64,000 nt of DNA, taken from IMG/VR virus record IMGVR_UViG_3300031760_000017; one strand, given 5' to 3'. The notes beneath the pieces are model-generated. The model was given only the letters and a program-made list of their open reading frames with translations. It had not been told where the DNA came from and did not search any database. The stretch comes from a virus. Both the position numbers and the translations under genes were made by a program. This document shows positions 33,779-44,272 of the stretch, piece by piece. Position 1 is the first letter of the stretch. Each line of letters opens with the position of its first letter.

Positions 33779-35017
33779 ATGCTTAATAAAAACAATGAAA
33801 GAGAACTTGCTTATGTGGTTATTGTTGATGCAGTAACTCCAATTAAAGGTTATGATAGAGTAGAGCTTGCTCATGTGGGCGGATGGACCGTTGTAGTTGG
33901 AAAAGGCGAGTTCCATGCGGGCGACCCCGCAATTTATTTTGAAATTGATTCTCAGCTTCCTGAGGTAGAGCCATTTACTAATATGGAATTTCTTGCTAAG
34001 AAACATTATAAAATTAAAACACAGAAAATGTGTAAATCTATTTCTCAGGGGCTTCTAATGTCTGCCGCAAATTTTGGATGGAAAAAATCTGCTGAAAATG
34101 CAGGTGACTTTCCATACATCAAGGATAATGAAGGTATTTGTCATTTTACAAATGATGAGTCTCGTTTCCTTACAAAGCAGCTTAATGTAACATACGCCGT
34201 TCCAGAAGATAATGCCCGCAAAGCAAATTCTGTTGATAAATATAAGAAAATGGCACAGCGCAATGGTAAGCTTTTCTCTCATCAGCCGTTTAAATGGCTT
34301 ATGAAAAAAGAGTGGGGAAGAAAACTTCTTTTCACATTCTTTGGTAGCAAAAAGGATAAGACAGGCTGGCCCGCATGGGTAAAAAAGACAGATGAGGAAA
34401 GAATCGAAAATCTTCCATATCTGTTTGAAGATAAGTCTCCTTGGATTGCTACTGAGAAAATTGATGGGACTAGCACAACTTTCACCCTGAAACGCGGAAA
34501 AGGACTCTTTAAGAAAGATGAATTTTATATTTGTTCCCGTAACGTATGTTTCGATAGACCTAATAAAAATTGTTTCTATGAAACAAATGTTTATATTGAA
34601 ATGGCTGAAAAATATAATATTTATAATAAGATGAAGCATCTTCTTGAAACAAAATATAAAGATTGTGAATGGATTACAATTCAGGGTGAGACTTATGGAA
34701 CTGGAATTCAGAAACGTGATTACCATATGACAGAACATAATTTTATGGCTTTTAACCTGATTTCCTCTAAAAATGGAAGAGAAAATTCACTTATTATGAA
34801 AGATATTCTTGAGAAGGAAAATGGTATTCCTTGTGTTCCTATTGTAGCTGACTCTTATACACTTCCGGGCACTCTTGAAGAGCTTCGTGAGTTTGTAGAT
34901 AGTGATACTTCCGTTATTGACGGAGAAATTAGAGAAGGAATTGTATTCCGTTCCACTGACGGTTCTCGTTCTTTTAAATGTGTTTCTCCAACATATCTTA
35001 TGAAATATCATCAGTAA
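33779..35017 (+). CDS. RNA ligase (DraRnl/Rnl5-like family)
   Basis: Nucleotidyltransferase motif I 'ATEKIDGTSTTF', N-terminal OB-like 'GWTVVVGKGEFHAGDPAIYFEIDSQLPE', 'EGIVFRSTDGSRSFKCVS' motif. Confidence 0.85.
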   Translation: MLNKNNERELAYVVIVDAVTPIKGYDRVELAHVGGWTVVVGKGEFHAGDPAIYFEIDSQLPEVEPFTNMEFLAKKHYKIKTQKMCKSISQGLLMSAANFGWKKSAENAGDFPYIKDNEGICHFTNDESRFLTKQLNVTYAVPEDNARKANSVDKYKKMAQRNGKLFSHQPFKWLMKKEWGRKLLFTFFGSKKDKTGWPAWVKKTDEERIENLPYLFEDKSPWIATEKIDGTSTTFTLKRGKGLFKKDEFYICSRNVCFDRPNKNCFYETNVYIEMAEKYNIYNKMKHLLETKYKDCEWITIQGETYGTGIQKRDYHMTEHNFMAFNLISSKNGRENSLIMKDILEKENGIPCVPIVADSYTLPGTLEELREFVDSDTSVIDGEIREGIVFRSTDGSRSFKCVSPTYLMKYHQ

Positions 35018-35110
35018 ATTTTAAAGGTGAGATAAAAAATCTCACCTTGTTTTTTTTATTATTTTTTGTTATAATATATATAATGAAAAATAAAGAAAGG
35101 ATATAAAAAT

Positions 35111-35365
35111 ATGACGCTTAAAGAATGGCTTAAAAAAATTGATTTAGTAATAGACGTAAAAATTTGGGGAAAAGATGATGAGATACCTCTCTTTGAAGGC
35201 GCAGCTTTTGATATTCCTTGGACTATTATTGATTTTTCAATAGGCAGAATGGAGAATAGCACAGAAGAACCTATTTATATTTGCACTTATAAAAATAAAA
35301 ATAATGTGGTACTTTCAATAATTGTTATTAATGTGATAGAAAAAGAGGAGGATTTTCCATTTTGA
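35111..35365 (+). CDS. Hypothetical protein
   Basis: 84-aa ORF, overlaps the next start by 4 nt. Confidence 0.55.
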   Translation: MTLKEWLKKIDLVIDVKIWGKDDEIPLFEGAAFDIPWTIIDFSIGRMENSTEEPIYICTYKNKNNVVLSIIVINVIEKEEDFPF

Positions 35366-35646
35366 CAACACAAATTTCAGAAATGTATTGTACTTGCTGT
35401 GGTAAAAAAGGAATATCTATTCCTAGAAAAAATAGTAAATTTAGAAAATCTGGACATTTAAAAAAATTATATTGTATTTATTGCGGAGCTGAAAAAAATC
35501 ATGTTGAAATTCGTCCTATCTATGATGACTATACTTACAAAGATTTCGAACTTGAAATGAAATATAATAATTTTGATTCAGAAGGAAATAGAAAAGAATC
35601 TTATCGAATTTTTAGAGGAAATTTAAAGAAAGCAGGTGTTATATAA
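35362..35646 (+). CDS. Zinc-ribbon-like hypothetical protein
   Basis: YCTCCGKKG...LYCIYCGAEK. Confidence 0.6.
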   Translation: MTTQISEMYCTCCGKKGISIPRKNSKFRKSGHLKKLYCIYCGAEKNHVEIRPIYDDYTYKDFELEMKYNNFDSEGNRKESYRIFRGNLKKAGVI

Positions 35647-36146
35647 TGGGTGATTTATATATAATGTGTGGCGTTCCTGGCTCTGGCAAATCAACCTTTC
35701 TTAAAAATAGAGTAAAATCAAATAAAGGTGTTATTATTTCTCGTGATAAAATTAGATTTTCTCTTGTCAAACCAGATGAACCTTATTTTTCAAAAGAAAG
35801 AGAAGTTACAAAAACTCTTTGGGATAAAATTAATAAAGAGTTAGCATCTGGAAATACTGTTTTTGTAGACCAAACTTCTCTTACTAGAAAATCTAGAAAA
35901 TGGCTTCTTGACCATATTATTACAAACAATTGTAACCATATTAATTTAATCTGGATAGATGAAAATCTTAAAACATGTTTAGAAAGAAATGAACAAAGAA
36001 AAGGAACTCGTGGTTATGTTCCTAAAGAATCTATTGTTAATATGTATAATAACTTTGAAGAGCCTTCATTAAATGAAGGATTCTATCGAATCTTTAAATA
36101 CAATAGCACAAATGATGAGATAACTTATAAAGGAGTGATTTTATAA
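35646..36146 (+). CDS. P-loop polynucleotide kinase-like protein
   Basis: MCGVPGSGKSTFLKN...ISRDKIRFSL...FVDQTSLTRKSRKWLL. Confidence 0.85.
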   Translation: MGDLYIMCGVPGSGKSTFLKNRVKSNKGVIISRDKIRFSLVKPDEPYFSKEREVTKTLWDKINKELASGNTVFVDQTSLTRKSRKWLLDHIITNNCNHINLIWIDENLKTCLERNEQRKGTRGYVPKESIVNMYNNFEEPSLNEGFYRIFKYNSTNDEITYKGVIL

Positions 36147-36667
36147 TGTCAAATATTTGGCTTATTTCAGATACTCATTTTAATCATAATAAAAATTTTA
36201 TTTGGAAGGCTCGCGGCTTTAATTCAGTAGAAGAAATGAATGAAACCATTATTAAAAATTGGAACGATGTGATTCAACCAGATGATGTTGTATATCATCT
36301 TGGTGATGTTATTATGGGCGAGCTTGATGCGGGCATTCCCCTTATAAAAAGACTTAATGGCAAAATTAAACTAGCAATTGGAAATCATGACACAACAATG
36401 CGCCTTGCCGCATTTAAAGAACTTTTTGATGAAATTAATTTTGGATATAGACTTAAAAAAGGTAAAAAAACCTTTCTACTTACTCATTATCCAACTCTAG
36501 TTGATAACTATGATGACCCAGTAAAAGTATATTCTATACATGGTCATACTCATTCATCAAATGCTTTTTGTGACCATCCTTTTATGTATAATGTCAACTG
36601 TGATGCACATAATTGTAAACCAATTCTTTTTGAAGAGGTAATTGAAGACATATACAGTCATAAATAA
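36146..36667 (+). CDS. Metallophosphoesterase
   Basis: ISDTHFNHNKNFI, HLGDVIMG, IGNHDT, SIHGHTHSS motifs. Confidence 0.88.
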   Translation: MSNIWLISDTHFNHNKNFIWKARGFNSVEEMNETIIKNWNDVIQPDDVVYHLGDVIMGELDAGIPLIKRLNGKIKLAIGNHDTTMRLAAFKELFDEINFGYRLKKGKKTFLLTHYPTLVDNYDDPVKVYSIHGHTHSSNAFCDHPFMYNVNCDAHNCKPILFEEVIEDIYSHK

Positions 36668-36763
36668 AGCTTGGACAAAATTAAATAAATTATTATTTCA
36701 ATTTTTAATATTCTTTAAGAGGAAACTCTTAAAGAATATTTTTTTTATGGAGGTTAAAATTAA

Positions 36764-37036
36764 ATGAACCTGAAGGTTAGATTTAGAAATCCAATATTTA
36801 TTGCACAACTTATTTTATCAATTTTAACTCCAATTTTATCTTATGCAGGATTAACGCTCCAAGATTTAACAACTTGGGCTTCTCTTGGTAATCTCTTAAT
36901 CGGAGCACTAAGTAATCCATATGTTCTTGGTTTAATTATTGTTTCACTATGGGGCGCCCTAAATGATCCTACAACAGCAGGTATTACAGATAGTAAGCTA
37001 GCAATGACATACTAGAAACCTAGAAAAGATAATTAA
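36764..37036 (+). CDS. Holin, one internal TAG near the C-terminus
   Basis: MNLKVRFRNPIFIAQLILSILTPILSYAGLTLQDLTTWASLGNLLIGALSNPYVLGLIIVSLWGALNDPTTAGITDS..., immediately upstream of the endolysin. Confidence 0.85.
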
Positions 37037-37097
37037 TTAATAAAAGGACAGAGAAATAAAATTCTCTGTCTTTTTATTTTTCTAAAGGAGAATAAAA

Positions 37098-39383
37098 ATG
37101 ACATAGAAAGAATTTATTTAGAAAGTAAAAAATCCATGTATAAATGCAACAAATATAATCGGCGGTTATCTTCCCAGCGTATTAATTGGACAAATGTGTT
37201 TATAGACTGGTTACGGAACTGGATATAATTGCGAATTATTAATGCAATGGAATAATTTGCTTGGAATGAAAACTTAGTTATTAAATGACACTTGGAAATC
37301 TAAATATTGGAATGGCAAATCCGCAACTAAAAGAACTCCAGAGTATTATGGTTACCATACAACTATTACAGATTCATTCAGGGTTTATGATAATATTTAG
37401 CAATGTGCATGTGACTATTTACAATTTATGCGCGATGCTAAATATTCTAAAAACGGAAACTATAAATATAGAGATGTTTTAACAATAAAAGATCCAACTC
37501 AACTGATTACTCAAGTATCTAAACGAGGATATGCAACAGATCCAGCTTATATTACATCTGTCATGAGTATTATTAAAAAATATAACTTAACTCAATATGA
37601 TTCAAATGGAGGGAATAAACCTATGACATTAAAATAGGCATTATCAAAACTTGGTGTTAATTTAATTAATAGAATTAGTCAGAATAGAAGCCAAGTTCCT
37701 GCTCATAATGCAAATTCACACCAATATTTTGCTGTTCACTACCTTGGTGTAAATGGTTAGAATCCAGACCTATATGGCGGCGGATATGGTGGACATTTTT
37801 ACGTAAGTAAAGATGGTAAATGCTATCAAGCCGCGGAAGTAACTGATAAACTTTGGCATGTAGGTGCTTCTTCAGGATTCTCTTATATTCATTCTTATGC
37901 AAGAAATAATAATACAATAGGAGTTGAATGCGGAACTTACACAGCTTCTGGAAGAAATAATGATAATGAGACATGGTATTTTACAGAAGCCACTCAAGTA
38001 ACTGCCGCAAAATTAGCAGCAGCTGTACTTACTGTTTATAATTTACCTATGGATCATTTATTAAGACATGGGGATATTACAACTAAAAATTGTCCATCTC
38101 CATTAAAAAGAGACCAGGGTAAAGGTAGCAACTGGACTTGGGATAAATTTAAATCAGAAGTTTCTAAATATATGGCTCAATTAGGAAATGAATCCGCTCC
38201 AACTGTTACTATTCTAAAATTAGGAAGTAATGGAAAATAGGTTAAAGAATTACAAGAAAAATTATTACTTTTAGGATTTGTAGATTGTGCTTATTACAAT
38301 AAAAATAGAAATTTCGCAGATGGTGATTTTGGATAGAATACTTTAAAATCATTAAAATATTTCCAACAAGCAAAAGGATTATAGGTTGATGGTATTTATG
38401 GACCAAAAACCGCAGAAGCATTAGATAAAGCCGTTAAAGAAGCAAAAGCTTCAAAATTTGATGTTACAGTAGATGAATTTTTAAATAATGCAAAAATTAT
38501 TGCAAAAGAAAATAAAGAAAAAGGCTTTAAATATGGTAATGCTTGTTGCTTACCTTCAGTTTATCCTTTTGAAAAAATAACATCTTGTGATAGATTTGTC
38601 GATCAAGTTTTATATAAGAGTGGATTAAAAACTGTTGGTAATCGCGGTTTTACTGATTTATAGGATTGTTTAATTAATCTTAAAGCTCAAAAAATTTATC
38701 GAGAATCTTAGTTACAAAAAGGTGATATTGTATATACAATTGGACATGTATTCATTCTTGGAAACAAAATTTCTAATACTACTTATTAGAGATACGATGC
38801 AGGTTCTGTTGAAAGAATCCAATTAACTGGACCTTATGCTAGCTATAAATCTCAGCCTTTTGTTGAAGAAATTGACCTTTTCACTTTTGCTTATAGATTA
38901 CCTTTTAAAACAAAAGAAGAAAAGAAAGAAAAGACTTCAACATTTTTAAAACTTGGTGATAATAGTGCATCAGTTAAACAAATGCAAGAAAAATTAATTA
39001 AACTTGGATATTTTGTAGGCACAGCTGGTGCGGATGGCGATTTTGGTCAAAACACATTAAAAGCATTAAAATATTTTCAATCTAATCATGGATTAACCGC
39101 AGATGGATATTATGGTCCACTTGCTAAACAAAAATTAGAAAGTATCTATAATAAAATTAAAAATTATGATACACCTACTAAACATGATAATTTAATTAAA
39201 GAGAAAATTTTTACAACAACAGACAATTTAAATTTACGTAAAGGTTCTTCAATAGCACATGAAATTATACTTTAGATTCCAAAAGGAGCAAAAGTAAAGT
39301 GGTATGGTTATTATACCGGATCTTGGTATTATGTAGTTTATAATGGAAATATTGGATATGCATCTTCTCATTATTTAAAATAA
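37098..39383 (+). CDS. Modular endolysin: glucosaminidase-like + N-acetylmuramoyl-L-alanine amidase (PGRP/amidase_2) + two PG-binding + SH3b; heavily TAG-recoded
   Basis: TGYGTGYNCELLMQWNNLLGMKT; HYLGVNG..YGGGYGGHFYVSKDGKCYQAAEVTDKLWHVGA..NTIGVE..HLLRHGDITTKNCPSPL; two copies of KLGSNGKQVKELQEKLLLLGF..DGDFGQNTLKSLKYFQ..DGIYGP; C-terminal LNLRKGSS...GSWYYVVYNGNIGYASSHYLK. All segments share one frame, with TAGs between. Confidence 0.88.
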
Positions 39384-39490
39384 TAATAAAACCTTTTAAG
39401 AGGGAAATTGCTTTGCAATTTCCCTCTTTTATTTTTTGAAAAATAAAAATATTTATATTATAATAATATATATTCATATAGGAGGTTTGT

Positions 39491-39994
39491 ATGTTATATA
39501 TTTATATAGATGGGTCCTGCCGTGGCAATGGATCTAAAAATTCTAAAGGCGGTTTTGGAATAGTAATATTTGATGATAACCGTAATTTAATTGACGCTTA
39601 TCAAGAACAGTTTGATAATGTGACAAATAATCAAATGGAATTAAAGGCATTTCTAAAGACATTTGAATTATTAAATACAAAATATAAAAATCAACAAGCA
39701 ACTATTTATTCTGATTCTGCATATTGTGTTAATATCCTTTCTTCTTGGATTCATAAATGGAGTAAAAACAATTGGAAAAATAGTAAAAATGAAACAATTA
39801 AAAATTTAGATATTATTTCATCTTTATATGAATATTATAATATAAATTTTTTTATTAATCAAATTTATATAGTTAAAGTTGATGGTCATAAAGGTGATAT
39901 AGGTAATGAATTAGCTGATGCTCTTGCACAATTTAATAAAGAAAAATTTAGTAATATTATATTACAAAATCATATAAACATTAGTCTTTTGTAA
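39491..39994 (+). CDS. rnhA: Ribonuclease HI-like
   Basis: YIDGSCRGNGSKNSKGGFGIVIFDD...NQMELKAFLKTFELL...YSDSAYCVN...VDGHKGDIGNELADALAQ. Confidence 0.88.
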   Translation: MLYIYIDGSCRGNGSKNSKGGFGIVIFDDNRNLIDAYQEQFDNVTNNQMELKAFLKTFELLNTKYKNQQATIYSDSAYCVNILSSWIHKWSKNNWKNSKNETIKNLDIISSLYEYYNINFFINQIYIVKVDGHKGDIGNELADALAQFNKEKFSNIILQNHINISLL

Positions 39995-40058
39995 AAAAGT
40001 TGTTAAATTTAAAAAAATATTATATAATATAATTATAAAATAAAAAGAGGCAAAATAT

Positions 40059-40826
40059 ATGAAATATATATTAAAAAATGGTTAGTAGATAGAGTCCATT
40101 GATATTGGAAAGGCTAATATCAAAATAGGGCAAAGAAATAATCGACTTACTATTTGTGATAGAGCGCCTAATACAAAATCAAAAAAAGCACGTATAATTT
40201 GTTTATGTGATTGTGGACAATACACAGTTATAAATCATCAAGATTTTAAAAATGGACAAGTTAAAAGTTGTGGATGCTATGCAAAAGAAATACATGCTGA
40301 AATAGGAAGAAAAACTGCTATAGATTTCACTCAATCATAGTACAATAATAATCCATTTTATGAATATATTGAACCTACAGATGTTAGATTTAATTGGAGT
40401 AAACAAGTAGTATGGAAGGTTAAATGTAGAAAATGTAATAAAGAATATTTAGCAATTCCTAAAGAATTAATTTCTATAAATAATAATAAGCGTATGAATC
40501 CTTGTAATTGTTGGAAAACTTATAGTATTGGAGTTCAACGTATTATTGCAATATTAGAAAAAAATAATATTTCTTATGAATTAGAAAAAAAATTTGATAC
40601 ATGTATTTCACCAAAAGGAAATTGTTTACCTTTTGATTTCTATCTTCCTGATTATAAGATTTTAATAGAATATGATGGACAACAACATTTTAATATAGCA
40701 TTTGGTCAAAATGAAAATAAATTGATTCAACAAAAAAAATATGATAAAATAAAAAATGAATGGTGTAAAAATAATAATATTCATTTAATTAGGATACCTT
40801 ATTATCAAAAAGAAATTACAATTTAG
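40059..40826 (+). CDS. Homing-endonuclease-like protein: zinc-binding domain + VSR/PD-(D/E)XK-like C-terminal domain, TAG-recoded
   Basis: IICLCDCGQYTVINHQDFKNGQVKSCGCYAKE...VKCRKCNKEYLAIP...FDFYLPDYKILIEYDGQQHFN...KNNNIHLIRIPYY. Confidence 0.65.
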
Positions 40827-40848
40827 AATTTAATAGGAGAAAAAATTA

Positions 40849-43786
40849 ATGGGTAAATTATATACAGAAGACTCGATAGAAAGCTTATCTCCTCTCGAAT
40901 TTACACGACTTAGACCTGGTGTATATTGTGGAGACACTAATTACTCTACTCAATTATTAATTGAAATATTTTCAAATGCAGTAGATGAATACCGTAATGG
41001 ATTTGGAAATAGAATTGATGTAACTATTCTCCCTGACATGATTTCGGTTAGAGATTATGGGCAAGGATTTATTCCAAATTCATATCGGGACGATGGAAAA
41101 ACAATTCTTGAAGCGGCATTTAGTGTTTTAAATACATCTGGAAAATATCGAGATGATGGAACCTATGAAGGAACTTCTTTAGGTTCTTTTGGTATCGGTT
41201 CAAAAATTACGACTTTCCTTTCTCATTGGTTAAGAGTTAAAACTATGAGAGATTCAGAGTGGGAAGAAATATATTTTAAAGAGGGCGTATTTCAATACCG
41301 AACAAGCGGTGCTGGAGGAGTTACTGGAACTCTTGTTGAATGGCAACCTTCAGAAGAATTTTTTACTCATCCAGAAGTAGAAATTAAAAAGGTCGTAGAT
41401 TTATTTAAAACTATTACATGTCTTTGCCCTGGTCTAACAATTAATCTATATGACCATGGAAAACATACTGTTTTTGTTTCTGATAATGGAATTAATGATT
41501 TAATTGATGAAGCTGTAAAAGACACAGAGCTTATTAATAATCGTTTTTCAATGAACTTTTCAGAAGGCAAAAATAAATTTGATATGGTTCTTACTTATGC
41601 AGGCAATTATTCTTTAACAATGGTCCCATATGTAAACACTGGACTTACAGAATCTGGACCTCATATTACTCAAATCAAAACCGTTATCACAAGAGAATTT
41701 AATAAATTCTTTAAAGAAAAAAAATGGTTAAAAGATAAAGATTCTAACTTAACTGGTGATGATATTCAAGAGGGTATGTATGTAATATTTAATCTTACTG
41801 CTCCCAATGTTGGTTATGACGCTCAAGTCAAGAGTAGAATCACAAAGATTGACATGAGTCCTTTTACTTCTGCATTAAGTACAAATTTAAACATTTGGCT
41901 TAATAATAATGAAAAAGAAATAAAAATTATTTTTGAAAAAGCAACAGCCGCCCGTAAGGCAAGAGATGCCGCAAAGAAAGCAAGAGATAAAGCAAGAGAG
42001 CAAAATAAAAAGAAACAGAAAGCTCTTAAATTCGATAGTAAACTTGCAGATTGTAATTCAAAAGATAGAAGTAAATGTGAAATTTATATTACTGAGGGAG
42101 ATAGTGCATCTGGTAATTTAAAGCTTGCTCGTGATAATGAAACACAGGCGGTTATGCCAGTTAGAGGTAAAATTTTAAATACTCAAAAAGCTACTTTTGC
42201 ACAGATTCAAAAAAATGCAGAAATTATGACAATGTGTGATGCCTTCTTTGGACCTGGAGACTGGTCTATTGACCCTAAGACTCTTAAAGTAACTTATAGT
42301 CAAGTAAGATATGGCAAAATAATCATTATGTCAGATGCTGATTGTGATGGAGCGCATATTAAAAATCTTTTTTACACCTTTATATGGAATTTCTGTCCTG
42401 ATCTAGTTCAAAAAGGGTATGTTTATGCTGGGGTTCCCCCGCTTTATAAAATTACTCTTCCTGCAAATAAAGGATATAAATATTTAAAAAATGATGAAGC
42501 ATTAAATGAATTTAAAAGCAAGAATAAAGATAAAAAATATCAGATCGGACGCATGAAAGGGTACGAGTTAGTCTGGCCCTTAGCTACTTTTCCGCGGATC
42601 GGCGGGGTTGCCTAAAATAGGCAGCTAACGAGGTAGTCTTCTATTTAAAATTTTGGACATTTTAGGATAATCTGAAATGTGAAATTTTTATAATATATAG
42701 AAGATAATCTCGTGGGAAAAAATTACGATATTATCTCCAAAAAAATTAAAGGAGATAAAATAATGATAGGAATTTATAAAATTACAAATTTACTAAATGG
42801 TCATAGTTATATTGGATTATCTACTCATATTGAAGATAGATGGGAATATCATAAAAATCCATATAACTGGAATAGAGAAAAGAATAAATCTTTATACAAA
42901 GCAATTTTAAAATATGGTATCGAAAATTTTTCTTTTGAAATACTTGAATAGTGCTTACCAGAACAGTTAAGTGAAAAAGAAAAATACTATATTGAAAAAT
43001 ATAATACATATCATGCTGGTTATAATATGACTGCCGGCGGTGAAGATAATCAAGGTGAAAGTCATCCAAGACACAAATTAACAAAAGAAGATGTGATAGA
43101 TATTAGAACTAGATATGACAATCTTGAAAGAAAAAAAGATGTGTATTAGTTATATAAAGATAGAATTGGAGAAAGTGGTTTTTCTAAAATTTGGAAGGGC
43201 AACACTTGGACTTCTATAATGATGGAAGTTTACACTCCTTAGAATAAAAAATATCATTTACATGATACGGCAAATAAAGGCTCTCAAAATGGAAGAGCTA
43301 GATTAACTGAATAGGATGTAAGAGCTATTCGATTAAGAAGAAAGAACGGCGAAAAATTATCTGATGTATATGCAAATTATAAACATCTTTTAACCAAAGG
43401 GTCTTTTACGAATATTTGGTCGTATCAAAATTGGAAAAATATCGTAGTTTAAACCTGTATCGACTATCCCCTTTGTCGGGGAGTACATCTCTTATTGATA
43501 CAGAGATGGAAACAGTAGCGCCCTATGACTACAGTAAATGCGTTAGTACGAGGGCAAGAAATAGTCAGTGCCATTGGTAACAATGGATTAACACGTAGGT
43601 GAAATGAGCATCGAAGAGACAGAAGAAACTTTAACTAATCCAAATAATAGAATCATTAAACAAATTACTGTTGAAGATGTTGCGGCGGCTGATAAACTTT
43701 TTAATGATTTAATGGGAAATACAGTTATTCCTAGAAAAAGGTATATTAAAGAGCATAGTGCGGAGGCTACTTACAATGCAGAATAA
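40849..43786 (+). CDS. Type II topoisomerase subunit B (ParE/GyrB-like), split: exon 1 40849-42562, exon 2 43596-43786
   Basis: EIFSNAVDEYRNGFG, YGQGFIP, GTSLGSFGIGSK, EGDSASGNLKLARD, MSDADCDGAHI. Joining at 42562|43596 restores QIGRMKG-LGEMSIEETEETLTNP. Confidence 0.92.
42563..43595 (+). other. Group I intron in the topoisomerase B gene
   Basis: Exon AAGGGU pairs with intron GCCCUU (42576-42581) giving the conserved U-G at the 5' splice site; intron ends with G; P7-like GACTA/TAGTC near the 3' end; exact restoration of KGLGEM. Confidence 0.9.
42763..43452 (+). CDS. Intron-encoded GIY-YIG homing endonuclease, TAG-recoded
   Basis: MIGIYKITNLLNGHSYIGLSTHIEDRW...AILKYGIENFSFEILE-Q-CLPEQLSEKEKYYI...NMTAGGE...WKNIVV*. 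Confidence 0.88.
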
Positions 43787-44003
43787 TGAATGTGAATGTT
43801 TATATGGAATATATGATTGGGAACTATTTTTAAATAGTAAAAAACAATTTTTAAATAAAAGGTTATGTATCGTTCATATTCCAAAAGATAATTTTCATAA
43901 AGATAAATATTGTCTTTATTACGTCTGTAAAGAGAATCCTTTTGAAGAGGGAGTTAAAGCATATATTAATTTTTGTCCGTATTGTGGAAGAAAACTTTTA
44001 TAA
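43776..44003 (+). CDS. Small zinc-ribbon hypothetical protein
   Basis: MQNNECECLYGIYDWEL...YINFCPYCGRKLL*. Confidence 0.5.
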   Translation: MQNNECECLYGIYDWELFLNSKKQFLNKRLCIVHIPKDNFHKDKYCLYYVCKENPFEEGVKAYINFCPYCGRKLL

Positions 44004-44020
44004 TAAGGAGACTACATATA

Positions 44021-44272
44021 ATGCAAAATAAAGAAAAAATTATACAAATTTTAACAAATGATTTAAATTATTGTTATTGTGATAATTGTAAATATGGTGA
44101 TTATGAAACATATGAAGATAGATTTTGTGAAGGATGTTATAGAAAATATTCAAATTGGGCATTATCATCAATAACAGCAAAGGAAATAGCTGATAAAATA
44201 ATTCAATTAGGTGAAATTTTTCCTATATCAAAAGAAGAACTAGAAGGGGCTATGAATAAAAATGCAAAATGA
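44021..44272 (+). CDS. Hypothetical Cys-rich protein
   Basis: YCYCDNCKYGDYETYEDRFCEGCYRK. Confidence 0.5.
   Translation: MQNKEKIIQILTNDLNYCYCDNCKYGDYETYEDRFCEGCYRKYSNWALSSITAKEIADKIIQLGEIFPISKEELEGAMNKNAK

Noticed and set aside
37098-37480. Apparent frameshift near the 5' part of the endolysin
   Set aside because: Arose from misreading one T at the 37200/37201 line break; the printed sequence gives a continuous frame with TAG codons.
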